Shown: positions 22,353 to 32,312 of the stretch, piece by piece
Layout: the number at the start of each line of letters is the position of its first letter
Position numbering within the stretch: the stretch's first letter is position 1
NCBI GenBank assembly: GCA_963712695.1
Contig: CAVQJD010000023.1
Span: forward strand, 47,832 to 111,831
DNA from: an uncultured Gammaproteobacteria bacterium
GTDB lineage: Bacteria; Pseudomonadota; Gammaproteobacteria; UBA9214
Length of the DNA stretch: 64,000 nt
Direction of reading: 5' to 3'
Notes under the pieces: generated by a model
The model's input: the letters and a program-made list of their open reading frames with translations, nothing else
Told to the model about the DNA's origin: nothing
Database searches by the model: none
Made by a program: the position numbers and the translations under genes

Positions 22353-22396
22353 GCCACGGAAAAACGTTTCACGTTTTTCCGTGTGCATCCGTGGCC
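22353..22396. repeat. B-box-derived perfect hairpin (locus 2)
   Basis: CACGGAAAAACG (22355-22366), loop TTTCA, then CGTTTTTCCGTG (22372-22383), followed by CATCCGTGGCC. Lies between lemA and the M48 gene. Confidence 0.9.
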
Positions 22397-22419
22397 GGTT
22401 CTCACCTGGTCAGCATTAC

Positions 22420-22977
22420 TCAGCGCAAATCCACCTTGGGTGTGGCTGTTTCGGTTTCCGGCACTTCGAAGTAGGTCGCCTGTTTGAAGCCGAACAGGCC
22501 GGCGACGATATTCGACGGGAAGGATTCGACGCCGTTGTTGAGCGCCATTACGCTGTCATTGTAGAACTGGCGCGAGAAGGAAATCTTGTTCTCGGTGGTG
22601 CTCAGCTCTTCCATCAGACGCGAGACATTCTCGTTGGCCTTGAGATCGGGATAATTTTCCATCAATGCGAACAGCTTTCCCATCGCCCCGGTCAGGATAC
22701 CCTCGGCGGCAATCGCTTCTTCCGGCCCACTGGCGCTGACCGCCTGGTTACGGGCCTGAATGACCATAGTCAGAGTTTCCTGCTCATAGGACATGTAATC
22801 CTTGACCACCTCGACCAGGTTCGGGATCAGGTCATGACGGCGCTTGAGCTGGACGTCAATCTGGCGCCAGGCGTTTGCAACCTGGTTCTTCAGTCCCACC
22901 AGTTTGTTGTAGAGCAGGACGCCCCAGAGCGGGACGGCAACGATGAGGGCAAGTATTACCCAGCCGATATTTTCCAT
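22420..22977 (-). CDS. lemA: LemA family protein
   Basis: 185 aa, N-terminal TM, LemA-like sequence throughout (NAWRQIDVQLKRRHDLIPNLVE...). Confidence 0.9.
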   Translation of the reverse strand: MENIGWVILALIVAVPLWGVLLYNKLVGLKNQVANAWRQIDVQLKRRHDLIPNLVEVVKDYMSYEQETLTMVIQARNQAVSASGPEEAIAAEGILTGAMGKLFALMENYPDLKANENVSRLMEELSTTENKISFSRQFYNDSVMALNNGVESFPSNIVAGLFGFKQATYFEVPETETATPKVDLR

Positions 22978-23025
22978 GGTTATCTCCTTGTGCGAACCAG
23001 CAGGCTGTAATTGTACCGGGCGGAG

Positions 23026-23238
23026 CGTGAAACGTGAGACGTGAGACGTGAACGGTTAAGGAAACTCATGATATTTTGTTAAGCAATCTTTATGTAACTT
23101 ATTAAATAGTACGAGATTGCCACGCTTAGCTCGCAATGACGGAAACGTTTCAATAAAACAGAGCTTCCTTAATATCTTTCCGTGCTCTTCCGTGGATTCC
23201 GTGGCAATTCTTTATATCGCGTCTCACATCTCACGCTC
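23026..23238. repeat. composite repeat locus 3 (lemA | purD)
   Basis: Four forward heptamers (23026-23053), an AT-rich core, a B' box (23176-23208), and inverted degenerate heptamers (23218-23238) that overlap the last purD codons. Confidence 0.9.
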
Positions 23239-24507
23239 GACCGCACGATAGCCGATGTCGGTACGATAATAAACATCCGGCCAGTGGATGTGTCCGATAC
23301 AGGCATAGGCCTGTTGCTGTGCCGCGGCAATGGTGTCTCCCAGCGCACAGACACACAGCACACGTCCGCCGCTGGTCTTCGCGGCCGTGCCGTCCGCCAC
23401 GGTCCCGGCATGAAACACCTTGCATGGCATATCGTCTGCCTCCGCCAAACCCTTGATGATATCGCCCTTGCGATAGCTGTTCGGGTAGCCGCCTGCGGCC
23501 ATCACCACGCCGAGCGCCGCGCGCGTGTCCCACTCGGCCTTGACTGTGTCGAGTCGCCCATCCAGCGCGGCCAGGCACAGCTCCACCAGGTCGGAGCGCA
23601 GGCGGCACATGACAGGCTGTGTTTCCGGGTCACCGAAACGCACATTGAATTCCAGCACCCTGGGCACACCGTCTGTACCGATCATGAGTCCGGCGTAGAG
23701 AAAGCCGGTGAAGGTATTGCCTTCCGCCGCCATGCCGCGAATGGTCGGCAACATCACCTGCTGCATGACCTGTTCGTGAATGGCCGGTGTGACGACCGGG
23801 GCCGGCGAATAGGCGCCCATGCCTCCGGTATTGGGGCCGGTGTCGCCATTGTCACGCGCCTTGTGGTCCTGCGACGTGGCCAGCGGCAGGCAGTGCTCGC
23901 CGTCCACCATGGCAATAAAACTGGCCTCCTCGCCCTGCAGGAATTCCTCGATGACCACGCGGTGTCCGGCCTCGCCGAATACATTGCCGGCCAGCATATC
24001 CTGCACGGCGGCAGCGGCTTCCGCCTCGGTCTGCGCCAGGATCACGCCCTTGCCGGCAGCCAGCCCGTCGGCCTTGATCACAATCGGGGCGCCCTGTTCG
24101 TGAATGTAGGCAAGTGCGGCATCCAGCTCATGAAAACTGGCGTAGGCCGCCGTCGGAATCCGGTGGCGCCGGAGAAAGTCCTTGCTGAATGACTTGGAAC
24201 CTTCCAGCTGTGCGGCCCCGCGCGTAGGTCCGAAACACGGCAGGCCAACAGCGCGGAAGCGGTCGACAATCCCGGCCACCAGCGGCACTTCCGGCCCGAC
24301 AATGGTAAGGCCCACCGCGCTTGACTGCGCGAAGGCGATCAGCGCATCGATCTCGAGCACGTCGATAGCGACATTCTCGACACCCGGTTCACGCGCTGTC
24401 CCGGCGTTGCCCGGCGCGACAAACACGGTATCCGCCAGCGGCGACTGCGCGGCCTTCCAGGCCAGCGCATGCTCGCGTCCGCCATTGCCGATGATCAGGA
24501 TATTCAT
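23224..24507 (-). CDS. purD: phosphoribosylamine--glycine ligase
   Basis: 427-aa ATP-grasp PurD sequence (MNILIIGNGGREHALAWK...). Confidence 0.95.
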   Translation of the reverse strand: MNILIIGNGGREHALAWKAAQSPLADTVFVAPGNAGTAREPGVENVAIDVLEIDALIAFAQSSAVGLTIVGPEVPLVAGIVDRFRAVGLPCFGPTRGAAQLEGSKSFSKDFLRRHRIPTAAYASFHELDAALAYIHEQGAPIVIKADGLAAGKGVILAQTEAEAAAAVQDMLAGNVFGEAGHRVVIEEFLQGEEASFIAMVDGEHCLPLATSQDHKARDNGDTGPNTGGMGAYSPAPVVTPAIHEQVMQQVMLPTIRGMAAEGNTFTGFLYAGLMIGTDGVPRVLEFNVRFGDPETQPVMCRLRSDLVELCLAALDGRLDTVKAEWDTRAALGVVMAAGGYPNSYRKGDIIKGLAEADDMPCKVFHAGTVADGTAAKTSGGRVLCVCALGDTIAAAQQQAYACIGHIHWPDVYYRTDIGYRAVEREM

Positions 24508-24528
24508 GGTTGTACCTTATAACTGATA

Positions 24529-24976
24529 AATGGCCACGGAATCCACGGAAGAACACGGAAAGATAAAACACTCCAGAGCAGGAGGATGTAACAGGTACTC
24601 ACGTTTCCCTGAAATTTAATGGCCACGGAAACACACGGAAAGATGCAGCTCGTAGGGTGCACTCCGTGCACCATTACCGGCGCGTAAAACGCACCCTACA
24701 TTCCGTCATATCTTGTAATTTTTCCGTGTTCTTCCGTGGATTCCGTGGCCATTATTCGTTTCTGATTTTTCGTGTGCTTCCGTGACCACTCTTCTCGATC
24801 GCAGGGTGCACTCCGTGCACCATTACCGGTGCGTAAAACGCACCCTACATCTCATCCTGCATTAATCAATTTTTCCGTGTTTTTCCGTGGCTATTATTCG
24901 TATCTGATTTTTCCGTGTGATTCCATGTGCTTCCGTGGCCATTCTTCTTTTCACGTCTCACGTTTCACGCTTCACC
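24529..24976. repeat. composite repeat locus 4 (purD | purH)
   Basis: B boxes at 24529 and 24619. Compound GTAG-palindromes at 24652-24699 and 24802-24848. Several B' boxes. Inverted heptamers at 24948-24976. Confidence 0.95.
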
Positions 24977-24978
24977 CC

Positions 24979-26543
24979 TCAGTGCCGGAAGTGGCGCATC
25001 CCGGTGAACACCATCGCGATGCCGTGCTCGTTGGCAGCCGCGATGACCTCGTCGTCGCGCAGCGAGCCGCCGGGCTGGATCACCGCCACGATGCCCGCTT
25101 CCGCGGCCTGGTCGATGCCGTCGCGGAACGGGAAGAAGGCATCCGAGGCCATCACCGAACCCTTCACCTCGAGGCCCTCGTCCGCCGCCTTCAGGGCGGC
25201 CACCCGGGCGCTGTAGACGCGGCTCATCTGGCCCGCGCCGACACCGATGGTCATGCCGTCCTTGCAGTATACGATGGCGTTGGACTTGACGAACTTGCGC
25301 CACGCGCCAGGCGAACAGCAGGTCCTGCACCTGCTGTGCCGTTGGCGTGCGCTGCGTGACGACCTTCAGATCGTCCGCGTCAATCCGGCCCAGATCGCGG
25401 TCCTGCACCAGCAACCCGCCATTGACACGCTTGAAGTCCAGCACGGGCAGCGGCTCGTCTGCCCAGGTACCGCATTCCAGCACACGCACATTCTTCTTTG
25501 TCCGCCAGCACCGGCAGGGCGTGCGGATCGACGGCCGGTGCAATGATCACCTCGACGAACTGGCGCTCGATAATGGCCGCGGCAGTGGCCGCGTCCAGCG
25601 TACGGTTGAAGGCGATGATGCCGCCAAACGCCGAAGTCGGATCGGTTTTGAAAGCACGCTCGTAGGCCTCGAGCGGACTGGTACCCAGTGCCACACCACA
25701 GGGATTGGCATGCTTGACAATGACGCAGGCCGGCCCCTCGGTGAAGGATTTCACGCATTCCAGCGCGGCATCGGTATCCGCCACGTTGTTGTACGACAGT
25801 TCCTTGCCCTGCAGCTGGTGCGCGGTCGCGACGGAGGCCTCGCGCGGTTCGTGCTCGACGTAGAAGGCCGCATGCTGATGCGGATTCTCGCCGTAGCGCA
25901 TGGCCTGTACCTGGCGAAACTGCAGGTTCAGGGTGCGCGGAAAACCGACGTGTGCGCCGTCGGCATCGATTGCACCCAGGTAGTTGGCGATGGCGCCGTC
26001 GTAACGTGCGGTGTGTTCAAATGTCTTCACCGCCAGGCTGTAGCGCATGGCCGCCGGCACGGTTTTGCCGTTGGCGTGCATCGCCTCGAGCACAACCGGG
26101 TAATCGGCGTTATCGACCACTACGGTAACTGCAGCATGGTTCTTGGCCGCCGCGCGTAACAGGGTTGGCCCACCGATATCGATGTTCTCGATGGCCGTGG
26201 GCAGGTCGCAATCCGGACGTGCTACGGTCTGCTCGAACGGATACAGGTTCACGACCACCAGGTCGATGGGCAGGATGCCATTGGCCGTCATGACGGCCTC
26301 GTCGGTACCGCGGCGTCCGAGGATGCCGCCGTGAATACGTGGATGCAGGGTCTTGACGCGTCCATCCATCATCTCCGGGAAACCGGTGAAGTCGGACACC
26401 TCGGTGACGGTGACGCCGGCATCGGTCAACAGCCTGGCGGTGCCACCCGTAGACAGGATTTCCACACCGATCGCGTGCAGCGCACGTGCGAAGTCGACAA
26501 CCCCGCTCTTGTCGGACACGCTGATGAGCGCACGTGCGATCAT
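24979..26543 (-). pseudogene. purH: bifunctional AICAR transformylase/IMP cyclohydrolase PurH, interrupted by two frameshifts as assembled
   Basis: Three frames together give a full PurH: 25380..26543 ([14 protein letters not shown]...PVLADK), then [10 protein letters not shown]...LLFAWRVA, then [27 protein letters not shown]...GMRHFRH. Breaks lie near 25498 (an A/T run) and near 25298. Confidence 0.85.
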
Positions 26544-26809
26544 GGCAGCAAATGTTCCAGGTCATATTGCTTGAGTTTCTTGCGCAATGTGCCGCGACTG
26601 ATACCGAGCATCTCGGCGGCCAGGCTCTGGTTGCCGTCGACGTGATGCATGACGACATTGAACAGGGCGGGCTCAACCTCGTTGAGCACCACATGATACA
26701 GATCATTCACCTTGTGGCCATTCAGGTCACCCAGGTAAAGCTCGAGGGCCGAGGTAACGCTGCGGCGGATCGGCTGCTTGCGGCGTTCACGCCGCGGCTG
26801 CGCATTCAT
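26540..26809 (-). CDS. fis: DNA-binding protein Fis
   Basis: 89 aa with the C-terminal HTH ([23 protein letters not shown]). Overlaps the dusB stop as in other dusB-fis operons. Confidence 0.95.
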   Translation of the reverse strand: MNAQPRRERRKQPIRRSVTSALELYLGDLNGHKVNDLYHVVLNEVEPALFNVVMHHVDGNQSLAAEMLGISRGTLRKKLKQYDLEHLLP

Positions 26810-27792
26810 GCTGCCAGTTCCTGCCGGTCGGCCAGCCGGGCAAAAAAGTCGTGTACGAACTGCAACTGCGCCGTGGCGCTTTCCAGCCGGTTGATCTGCT
26901 CACGGAAGGCGTTGCCCTCACGCTGGCCCTTGCTGTACCAGGCGATATGCTTGCGTGCCACGCGCACGCCGGTGTACTCGCCGTAGAAGGCGTACAGGCG
27001 CTCGAGATGTCCGGTGAGAATCCGGCTGATTTCCGCCGGCCCGGGTTCCGGCAGGCGCCGGCCGGTCTGCATGAAATGGCTGATTTCGCGAAAGATCCAG
27101 GGACGTCCCTGCGCCGCGCGCCCGATCATGACGGCATCTGCGCCGGTATAGCGCAGCACCTCGACGGCCTGTTCCGGGGTAGCGATATCGCCATTGGCGA
27201 TTACGGGAATGCCAGCAGCGGCCCTGATGGCGCGCACCGTGTCATGTTCGGCCACACCGCGATAGCCACAGGCGCGGGTACGGCCATGCACCGCCAATGC
27301 CTGGATACCGGCCTGTTCGGCGATATGTGCGACACGCAGGCCGTTTTTGTGTTCGGGATCCCAGCCGGTGCGGATTTTCAGCGTGACCGGCACGGTTACG
27401 GCCTGCACCACGGCATCAAGTATACGTCCCACCAGTGGCTCGTCCTGCAACAGCGCTGAACCGGCCATGACGTTACACACTTTCTTGGCGGGACAGCCCA
27501 TGTTGATATCGATAATCTGAGCACCGTGATCGACATTGAAGCGCGCCGCATTTGCCATGCTGTCAGGATCGGCACCGGCAATCTGTACCGACACCGGCGC
27601 ATGCTCACCGCTATGATCGATGCGGCGCCGCGTCTTGACGCTGCCCCACAGCAGTGCATTCGACGAAACCATTTCCGACACGGCCATACCCGCGCCCAGT
27701 TCACGACACAGCTGACGGAACGGACGATCGGTCACACCGGCCATCGGAGCCAGCACGAGATTGTTGGGTAATGTGAAAGGTCCTATGTTCAC
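26806..27792 (-). CDS. dusB: tRNA-dihydrouridine synthase B
   Basis: 328-aa Dus-family TIM barrel (LAPMAGVTDRPFR..., INMGCPAKK). Confidence 0.95.
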   Translation of the reverse strand: MNIGPFTLPNNLVLAPMAGVTDRPFRQLCRELGAGMAVSEMVSSNALLWGSVKTRRRIDHSGEHAPVSVQIAGADPDSMANAARFNVDHGAQIIDINMGCPAKKVCNVMAGSALLQDEPLVGRILDAVVQAVTVPVTLKIRTGWDPEHKNGLRVAHIAEQAGIQALAVHGRTRACGYRGVAEHDTVRAIRAAAGIPVIANGDIATPEQAVEVLRYTGADAVMIGRAAQGRPWIFREISHFMQTGRRLPEPGPAEISRILTGHLERLYAFYGEYTGVRVARKHIAWYSKGQREGNAFREQINRLESATAQLQFVHDFFARLADRQELAA

Positions 27793-27878
27793 CGGTGTTA
27801 TGACGTATGACGAGTCTGTTTTAATCCCGGGTTGAAGGACGGCAGATAATACCCGCTTGCGGGAGGATGTAAAAGCGT

Positions 27879-27905
27879 AAAAAAAAAGCCTGCAAAAATG
27901 CAGAC
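27879..27905 (-). terminator. intrinsic terminator candidate after the DUF3426 gene
   Basis: On the minus strand, a short imperfect stem (GTCTGC/GCAGGC) is followed by a 9-nt U-run (A-run 27879-27887 on the plus strand), directly after the stop at 27907. Confidence 0.5.
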
Positions 27906-27906
27906 T

Positions 27907-28704
27907 TCAGAGAAACCCGAACTGGAAAGACACTGCCTTGTCACCCGGATCCTGCACTTCCAGCACGACCTGCACCGCGCTGTGTGGCGGCAACCCGGCA
28001 CTGCGGTCGAAATTCGCGGCCAGGTATTCCGACGGCAAAAAACGCCGCATGGCCAGGGGTTGGCCGTCCATATCGGTAAAACTCACTTCGAATACCGGAA
28101 AGGGCTGGGTAAAATCGGCGCGATTCTCGAACGCGGCATTGATCAGCAGGGCGCCAGACGCAACCGGATGCTGACGCACATCGCGTTCGATGATGGCAAG
28201 TTGCGACAGGTCAACACGCAGCGGCAGATCACAGCGCAACACCGTGCAGAATTGCTCGAGTGCCGGGCGCCAGCCGGGATCGGCAGCCAGCCCGGCGCGG
28301 TTGAAGTAGGTCCATTGCATGCCGAACAGCACCAGCAGCACACCAATCGCCGATATGCTGAACAGGTCACGACCCGCCAGGGACTGTCGCTCCCAGCTGG
28401 AACTCGCCAGCAGCGGCGGAAGCGCACTGATCGGTTCTGGCGCCGCCTTTCTATCATCCACGCGCTCCTCGACATCCACGCGTTGCTCGACATCGACGCC
28501 GCCCATGCGTGCAGCCTGGCTGTGCATGGCCAGACTGCCAGCAGCATCCACCGCCTCGCGTACCGCAGGCAGGTCCTCGTACAGGTAATCCATGACGTTG
28601 TACAACTGCCGGCATTCCCCGCAGCGCACGCGGCCCGTCGCCTTGCCCAGCTGCGCCGCGGACACCTGGAACACCACCGAGCAATTCGGGCAGTAGGTAT
28701 ACAT
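27907..28704 (-). CDS. zinc-ribbon / DUF3426-type protein
   Basis: Start moved to MYTYCPNCSVVF (28704). CPNC...CGEC ribbon, a central TM, and a C-terminal beta-rich domain. Sits between prmA and dusB, as I recall for Pseudomonas genomes. Confidence 0.75.
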   Translation of the reverse strand: MYTYCPNCSVVFQVSAAQLGKATGRVRCGECRQLYNVMDYLYEDLPAVREAVDAAGSLAMHSQAARMGGVDVEQRVDVEERVDDRKAAPEPISALPPLLASSSWERQSLAGRDLFSISAIGVLLVLFGMQWTYFNRAGLAADPGWRPALEQFCTVLRCDLPLRVDLSQLAIIERDVRQHPVASGALLINAAFENRADFTQPFPVFEVSFTDMDGQPLAMRRFLPSEYLAANFDRSAGLPPHSAVQVVLEVQDPGDKAVSFQFGFL

Positions 28705-28807
28705 GGAGCGAGTGTACCTCAATAATCGTACAAAAATGAATGACCTGCTGCGCACTCATGCCGGCTGTTCATGGACATGAAGCATTCGAAAAATGCTTAA
28801 AACAAAA

Positions 28808-29326
28808 AATGGCCACGGAATCCACAGAAGAACACGGAAAAAAAATTCGATCAGGAAAAGCTGATAAAGTTTTTGATTTTTACGCTCTCTGAGGGTAACA
28901 CCTGGTTAATGTAGGGTGCGCTGTGCGCACCATTGCCGGTGCGTAAAACGCACCCTACACCTGCTTGATTACGGCCTATTGTTGATTTATTTTTCCGTGT
29001 TCTTCTGTGGATTCCGTGGCCATTATTCTTTTCACGTCTCACCTCAATCCCCGGCGCGTAAAACGCACCCTACACCTGCTTGATGACGGGCCTGGTGTAT
29101 TTATTTTTCCGTGTTCTTCTGTGGATTCCGTGGCCATTATTCTTTTCACGTCTCACCTCAATTCCCGGTGCGTAAAACGCACCCTACACCTGATTCGATT
29201 ACGGGCCAGGTGTATTTATTTTTCCGTGTTCTTCCGTGGATTCCGTGGCCATTATTCTTTTCACGTGCCCCGTCTCACGTCTCACGTCTCACGTCTCACG
29301 TTAGTTTCACGTTTCACGTTTCACGT
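28808..29326. repeat. composite repeat locus 5 (DUF3426 gene | prmA)
   Basis: B box 28808-28843. Compound GTAG-palindrome 28911-28958. P'-B'-H' unit in tandem starting at 28936, 29051 and 29165 (periods 115 and 114 bp). Terminal inverted heptamer array 29257-29326 contains the prmA stop. Confidence 0.95.
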
Positions 29327-30223
29327 CCCACGCCTGATACCCGTCAGCAGCACCCACTCGTCACGCCGTTGCGGCGGCTCAAAATCGACCCATGCCGCGT
29401 AGGCCGAGCTGACCGCATCGGCCTGCTCCGCCAGGATACCGGTCAGCAGGATTTTGCCACCAGGACGCAGGTAACCGGCCAGTTCCGCGGCCAGTTCCTG
29501 CAGGGGATTGGCGAGGATATTGGCAATCACCAGGTCCACCGGCACCGAGTCGAGATCCTGCGGGAAGCACACGACGAAATTCGCGACAATCCCGTTGACC
29601 CGGGCATTTTCGCGGGTCGCCTCGAGCGCATTGGGATCGATGTCGGTGGCCACCACAAACCCTGCACCCAGCCGGCTGGCGGCGATGGCCAGGATGCCCG
29701 AACCACAGCCATAGTCGATGACGCGCTGCCCGGCCGGGGGATGTTTATCCAGCCACTCCAGACACATGGCCGTAGTGGCATGGGTGCCGGTACCAAAGGC
29801 AAAACCCGGGTCGAGGGTCACCACGACAGCATCCGGCGCCAGACAGGACTCACCGGAGGGACACACCCACAGACGCTCACCGAAACGCATCGGCCTGAAA
29901 GTCTCCCGCCAGGTGGTGGACCAGTCGCGATCTTCCAGCACGGTTACCGAAAGCCCGGGCACTGGATCCGCCAGCATGGCGCGCAACGCGGCCTCGACCG
30001 CCTGTGCATCGGCATCCGCGGAGAACAGCGCCACCACACGCGGATTGCGCCACACCGGCCGCGTGCCCGGTACGGGTTCGATAAGCAGCTCATCGGCCGC
30101 GTCCTGCAGCGTCACGGACTGCGCCCCCGCAGCCTCGAGCGCCGCCGTCACCGCCTCGACCTGCTCGCGCAGCACATCAATGGAAAATTGCAGCCAGGCT
30201 CTGGACAGTCTTTGAGACATCAT
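29321..30223 (-). CDS. prmA: ribosomal protein L11 methyltransferase
   Basis: ORF 29321..30343, start moved to MMSQRLSRAWLQF (30223). SAM-binding DYGCGSGILA motif. Confidence 0.9.
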   Translation of the reverse strand: MMSQRLSRAWLQFSIDVLREQVEAVTAALEAAGAQSVTLQDAADELLIEPVPGTRPVWRNPRVVALFSADADAQAVEAALRAMLADPVPGLSVTVLEDRDWSTTWRETFRPMRFGERLWVCPSGESCLAPDAVVVTLDPGFAFGTGTHATTAMCLEWLDKHPPAGQRVIDYGCGSGILAIAASRLGAGFVVATDIDPNALEATRENARVNGIVANFVVCFPQDLDSVPVDLVIANILANPLQELAAELAGYLRPGGKILLTGILAEQADAVSSAYAAWVDFEPPQRRDEWVLLTGIRRGT

Positions 30224-30242
30224 AAGCGTCACAGGCGAAACT

Positions 30243-30759
30243 TTACTTCCCGTGGTTATTGTCTGATTTTCGACAGGGAAATCGCGCAAAGGTATCCCTG
30301 ACACGACGCGAGCTGTACACGTAACCAATGATGACAATTGCAAAGCCTATCTGCACCCATCCGAGCATATGAACACGGGCCATGGTACCAATCAAGCAAG
30401 GGCACAAAAACAATGATGATATTCAGCGTCGCTGCCGCAAGCCAGCAAGTTCACTCCGTTTTTCCAGAGTTTTCGGATCAACGCATTTGCGCCGGGCTTT
30501 CTTTTCGACCATGCGAGAACATGAACAGCAATACAGGAATTGTAGCCAGAATTGCCAGCACCATCGAGAAATCGTCCGGGTACAGGATATTCCTTACACC
30601 CTCTATGCCGGCAGCGCTGCCACTGCCACGTCCAAGTTTTTGCGTGCCGATAAGTATAATATACGGACGCAGGAGATACAGGATCACGAACCACAGCTCG
30701 GCATTAACCTTGAGGCTGAGGTACTTGTCGTATTCACTGAAATTGTAGAGCCTTGACAT
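30243..30759 (-). pseudogene. small multi-TM membrane protein (tentatively DUF2919-like), broken by 3 or more frameshifts
   Basis: Starts MSRLYNFSEYDKYLSLKVNAELWFVILYLLRPYIIL (30478..30759). Plausible TM continuations (WLAAATLNIIIVFVPLL; MLGWVQIGFAIVIIGYVYSSRRV) appear only in other frames. Confidence 0.45.
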
Positions 30760-30780
30760 GCGATTTCGCCGTGCTGTGTT

Positions 30781-30828
30781 GTAGGGTGTAATACATGCAA
30801 GCTTCCCGGTGCGTAAAACGCACCCTCC
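30781..30828. repeat. GTAG-palindrome (P module) copy, locus 6
   Basis: GTAGGGTG ... CCGGTGCGTAAAACGCACCCTCC. Confidence 0.85.
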
Positions 30829-30959
30829 ATCTCATGGCGCAGAAGTGCAGACATGCGCGAATCGCGTGGGCAGATTTGTTTGCGGATAACATCCGCTCCT
30901 ACCGTGATTTACTGGGTTTGGTGTGTACAACCGACTTCCTGCCCTGCACCAGCGTCCCG

Positions 30960-32312
30960 CTAAAGTCCGAGCTTCTTTTCCAGATAATGAATATCCGTCA
31001 CCGCCGGCCATGAAAGCGGCATCGGTGCATGATATCGTGGTGCAGCGGCATGTTGGTCTTGATGCCGTCGATGACGATTTCGGTCAGCGCGACGCGCATG
31101 CGCGCCAGCGCCGAGGCACGGTTGTCGCCGTGCGCGATCAGCTTGCCGATCATGGAATCATAGTACGGCGGCACCCTGTAACCGTTGTAGATATGCGTAT
31201 CCATGCGGATGCCCGGGGCCGCCCGGGGCGTGGTAACTGGGTGATAGTGCCGGGTGACGGCATGAAGTTTTTCGGGTCTTCCGCGTTGATGCGGCATTCG
31301 ATGGCATGGCCGCGGATCTGTGATGTCCTCCTGCTTGTACGTCAGGCCCATCGCCGGCCGCGATATGCAGCTGTTCCTTGACGATATCGACGCCGGTGAC
31401 CATTTCGGTGACCGGGTGCTCCACCTGCACGCGGGTATTCATTTCGATGAAATAGAACTCGCCGTTCTCGGTACAGGAATTCGAAAGTACCGGCACCGCG
31501 GTACTTGAGTCTGGCGACAGGCCTCCGCACAGCGCTCGCCCATGTCCTGGCGCTGCTCCTCGGTAATGCCCGGCGCCGGCGCTTCCTCCACCACTTTCTG
31601 GTGGCGGCGCTGCATGGAACAGTCGCGCTCGCCGAGGTGGATGGCGTTACCCTCGCCGTCGCCCAGCACCTGGAATTCGATATGGCGCGGCTTCTCCAGG
31701 AATTTCTCCATGTACACCGACGTCGTTACCGAACGCGTTCTTGCGCCTCGGTGCGGGTCAGCGAGATCGCCTCGAGCAGATGCGCCTCGGCGTGCACCAC
31801 GCGCATGCCGCGCCCGCCACCGCCGCCGGCGGCCTTGATGATGATCGGGTAGCCGATCTCGCGGGCCAGTTTGAGATTGGTGGCGTCATCTTCCCCCAGC
31901 GGACCGTCGCGAACCCGGCACACAGGGCACACCGGCCTCCTTCATGGCGCGGATGGCGGCGACCTTGTCGCCCATGGTGCGAATGGTTTCCGGCGCGTGG
32001 CCCGATGAAGATAAAGCCGCTGCTGCTCCACCTGCTCGGCGAAGTCGGCGTTCTCGGACAGAAACCCGTAGCCCGGATGAATCGCACCGCATCGGTCACC
32101 TCGGCGGCGCTGATGATGGCCGGGATATTCAGATAGCTGTCCGCGGACGGCGCCGGACCGATGCAGACGCTCTCGTCCGCCAGCAGCACGTGCTTGAGAT
32201 CCCGGTCGGCCTCGGAATGCACGGCCACCGTGCTGATGCCCAGCTCGTGGCAGGCACGCAGGATACGCAGGGCGATTTCGCCCCGATTGGCGATGACAAC
32301 TTTCTCCAGCAT
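30960..32312 (-). pseudogene. accC: biotin carboxylase AccC, about a dozen or more frameshifts as assembled
   Basis: Conserved AccC segments are spread over all three minus-strand frames: [167 protein letters not shown]. Confidence 0.85.

Noticed and set aside
28936-29326. Possible CRISPR array: regularly spaced direct repeats with a period of 114-137 bp, also at 20847-21219.
   Set aside because: The 'spacers' are themselves conserved between units, so these are whole-unit tandem duplications. The repeats are composites of H, B and P modules found singly elsewhere. No cas genes or leader are present.
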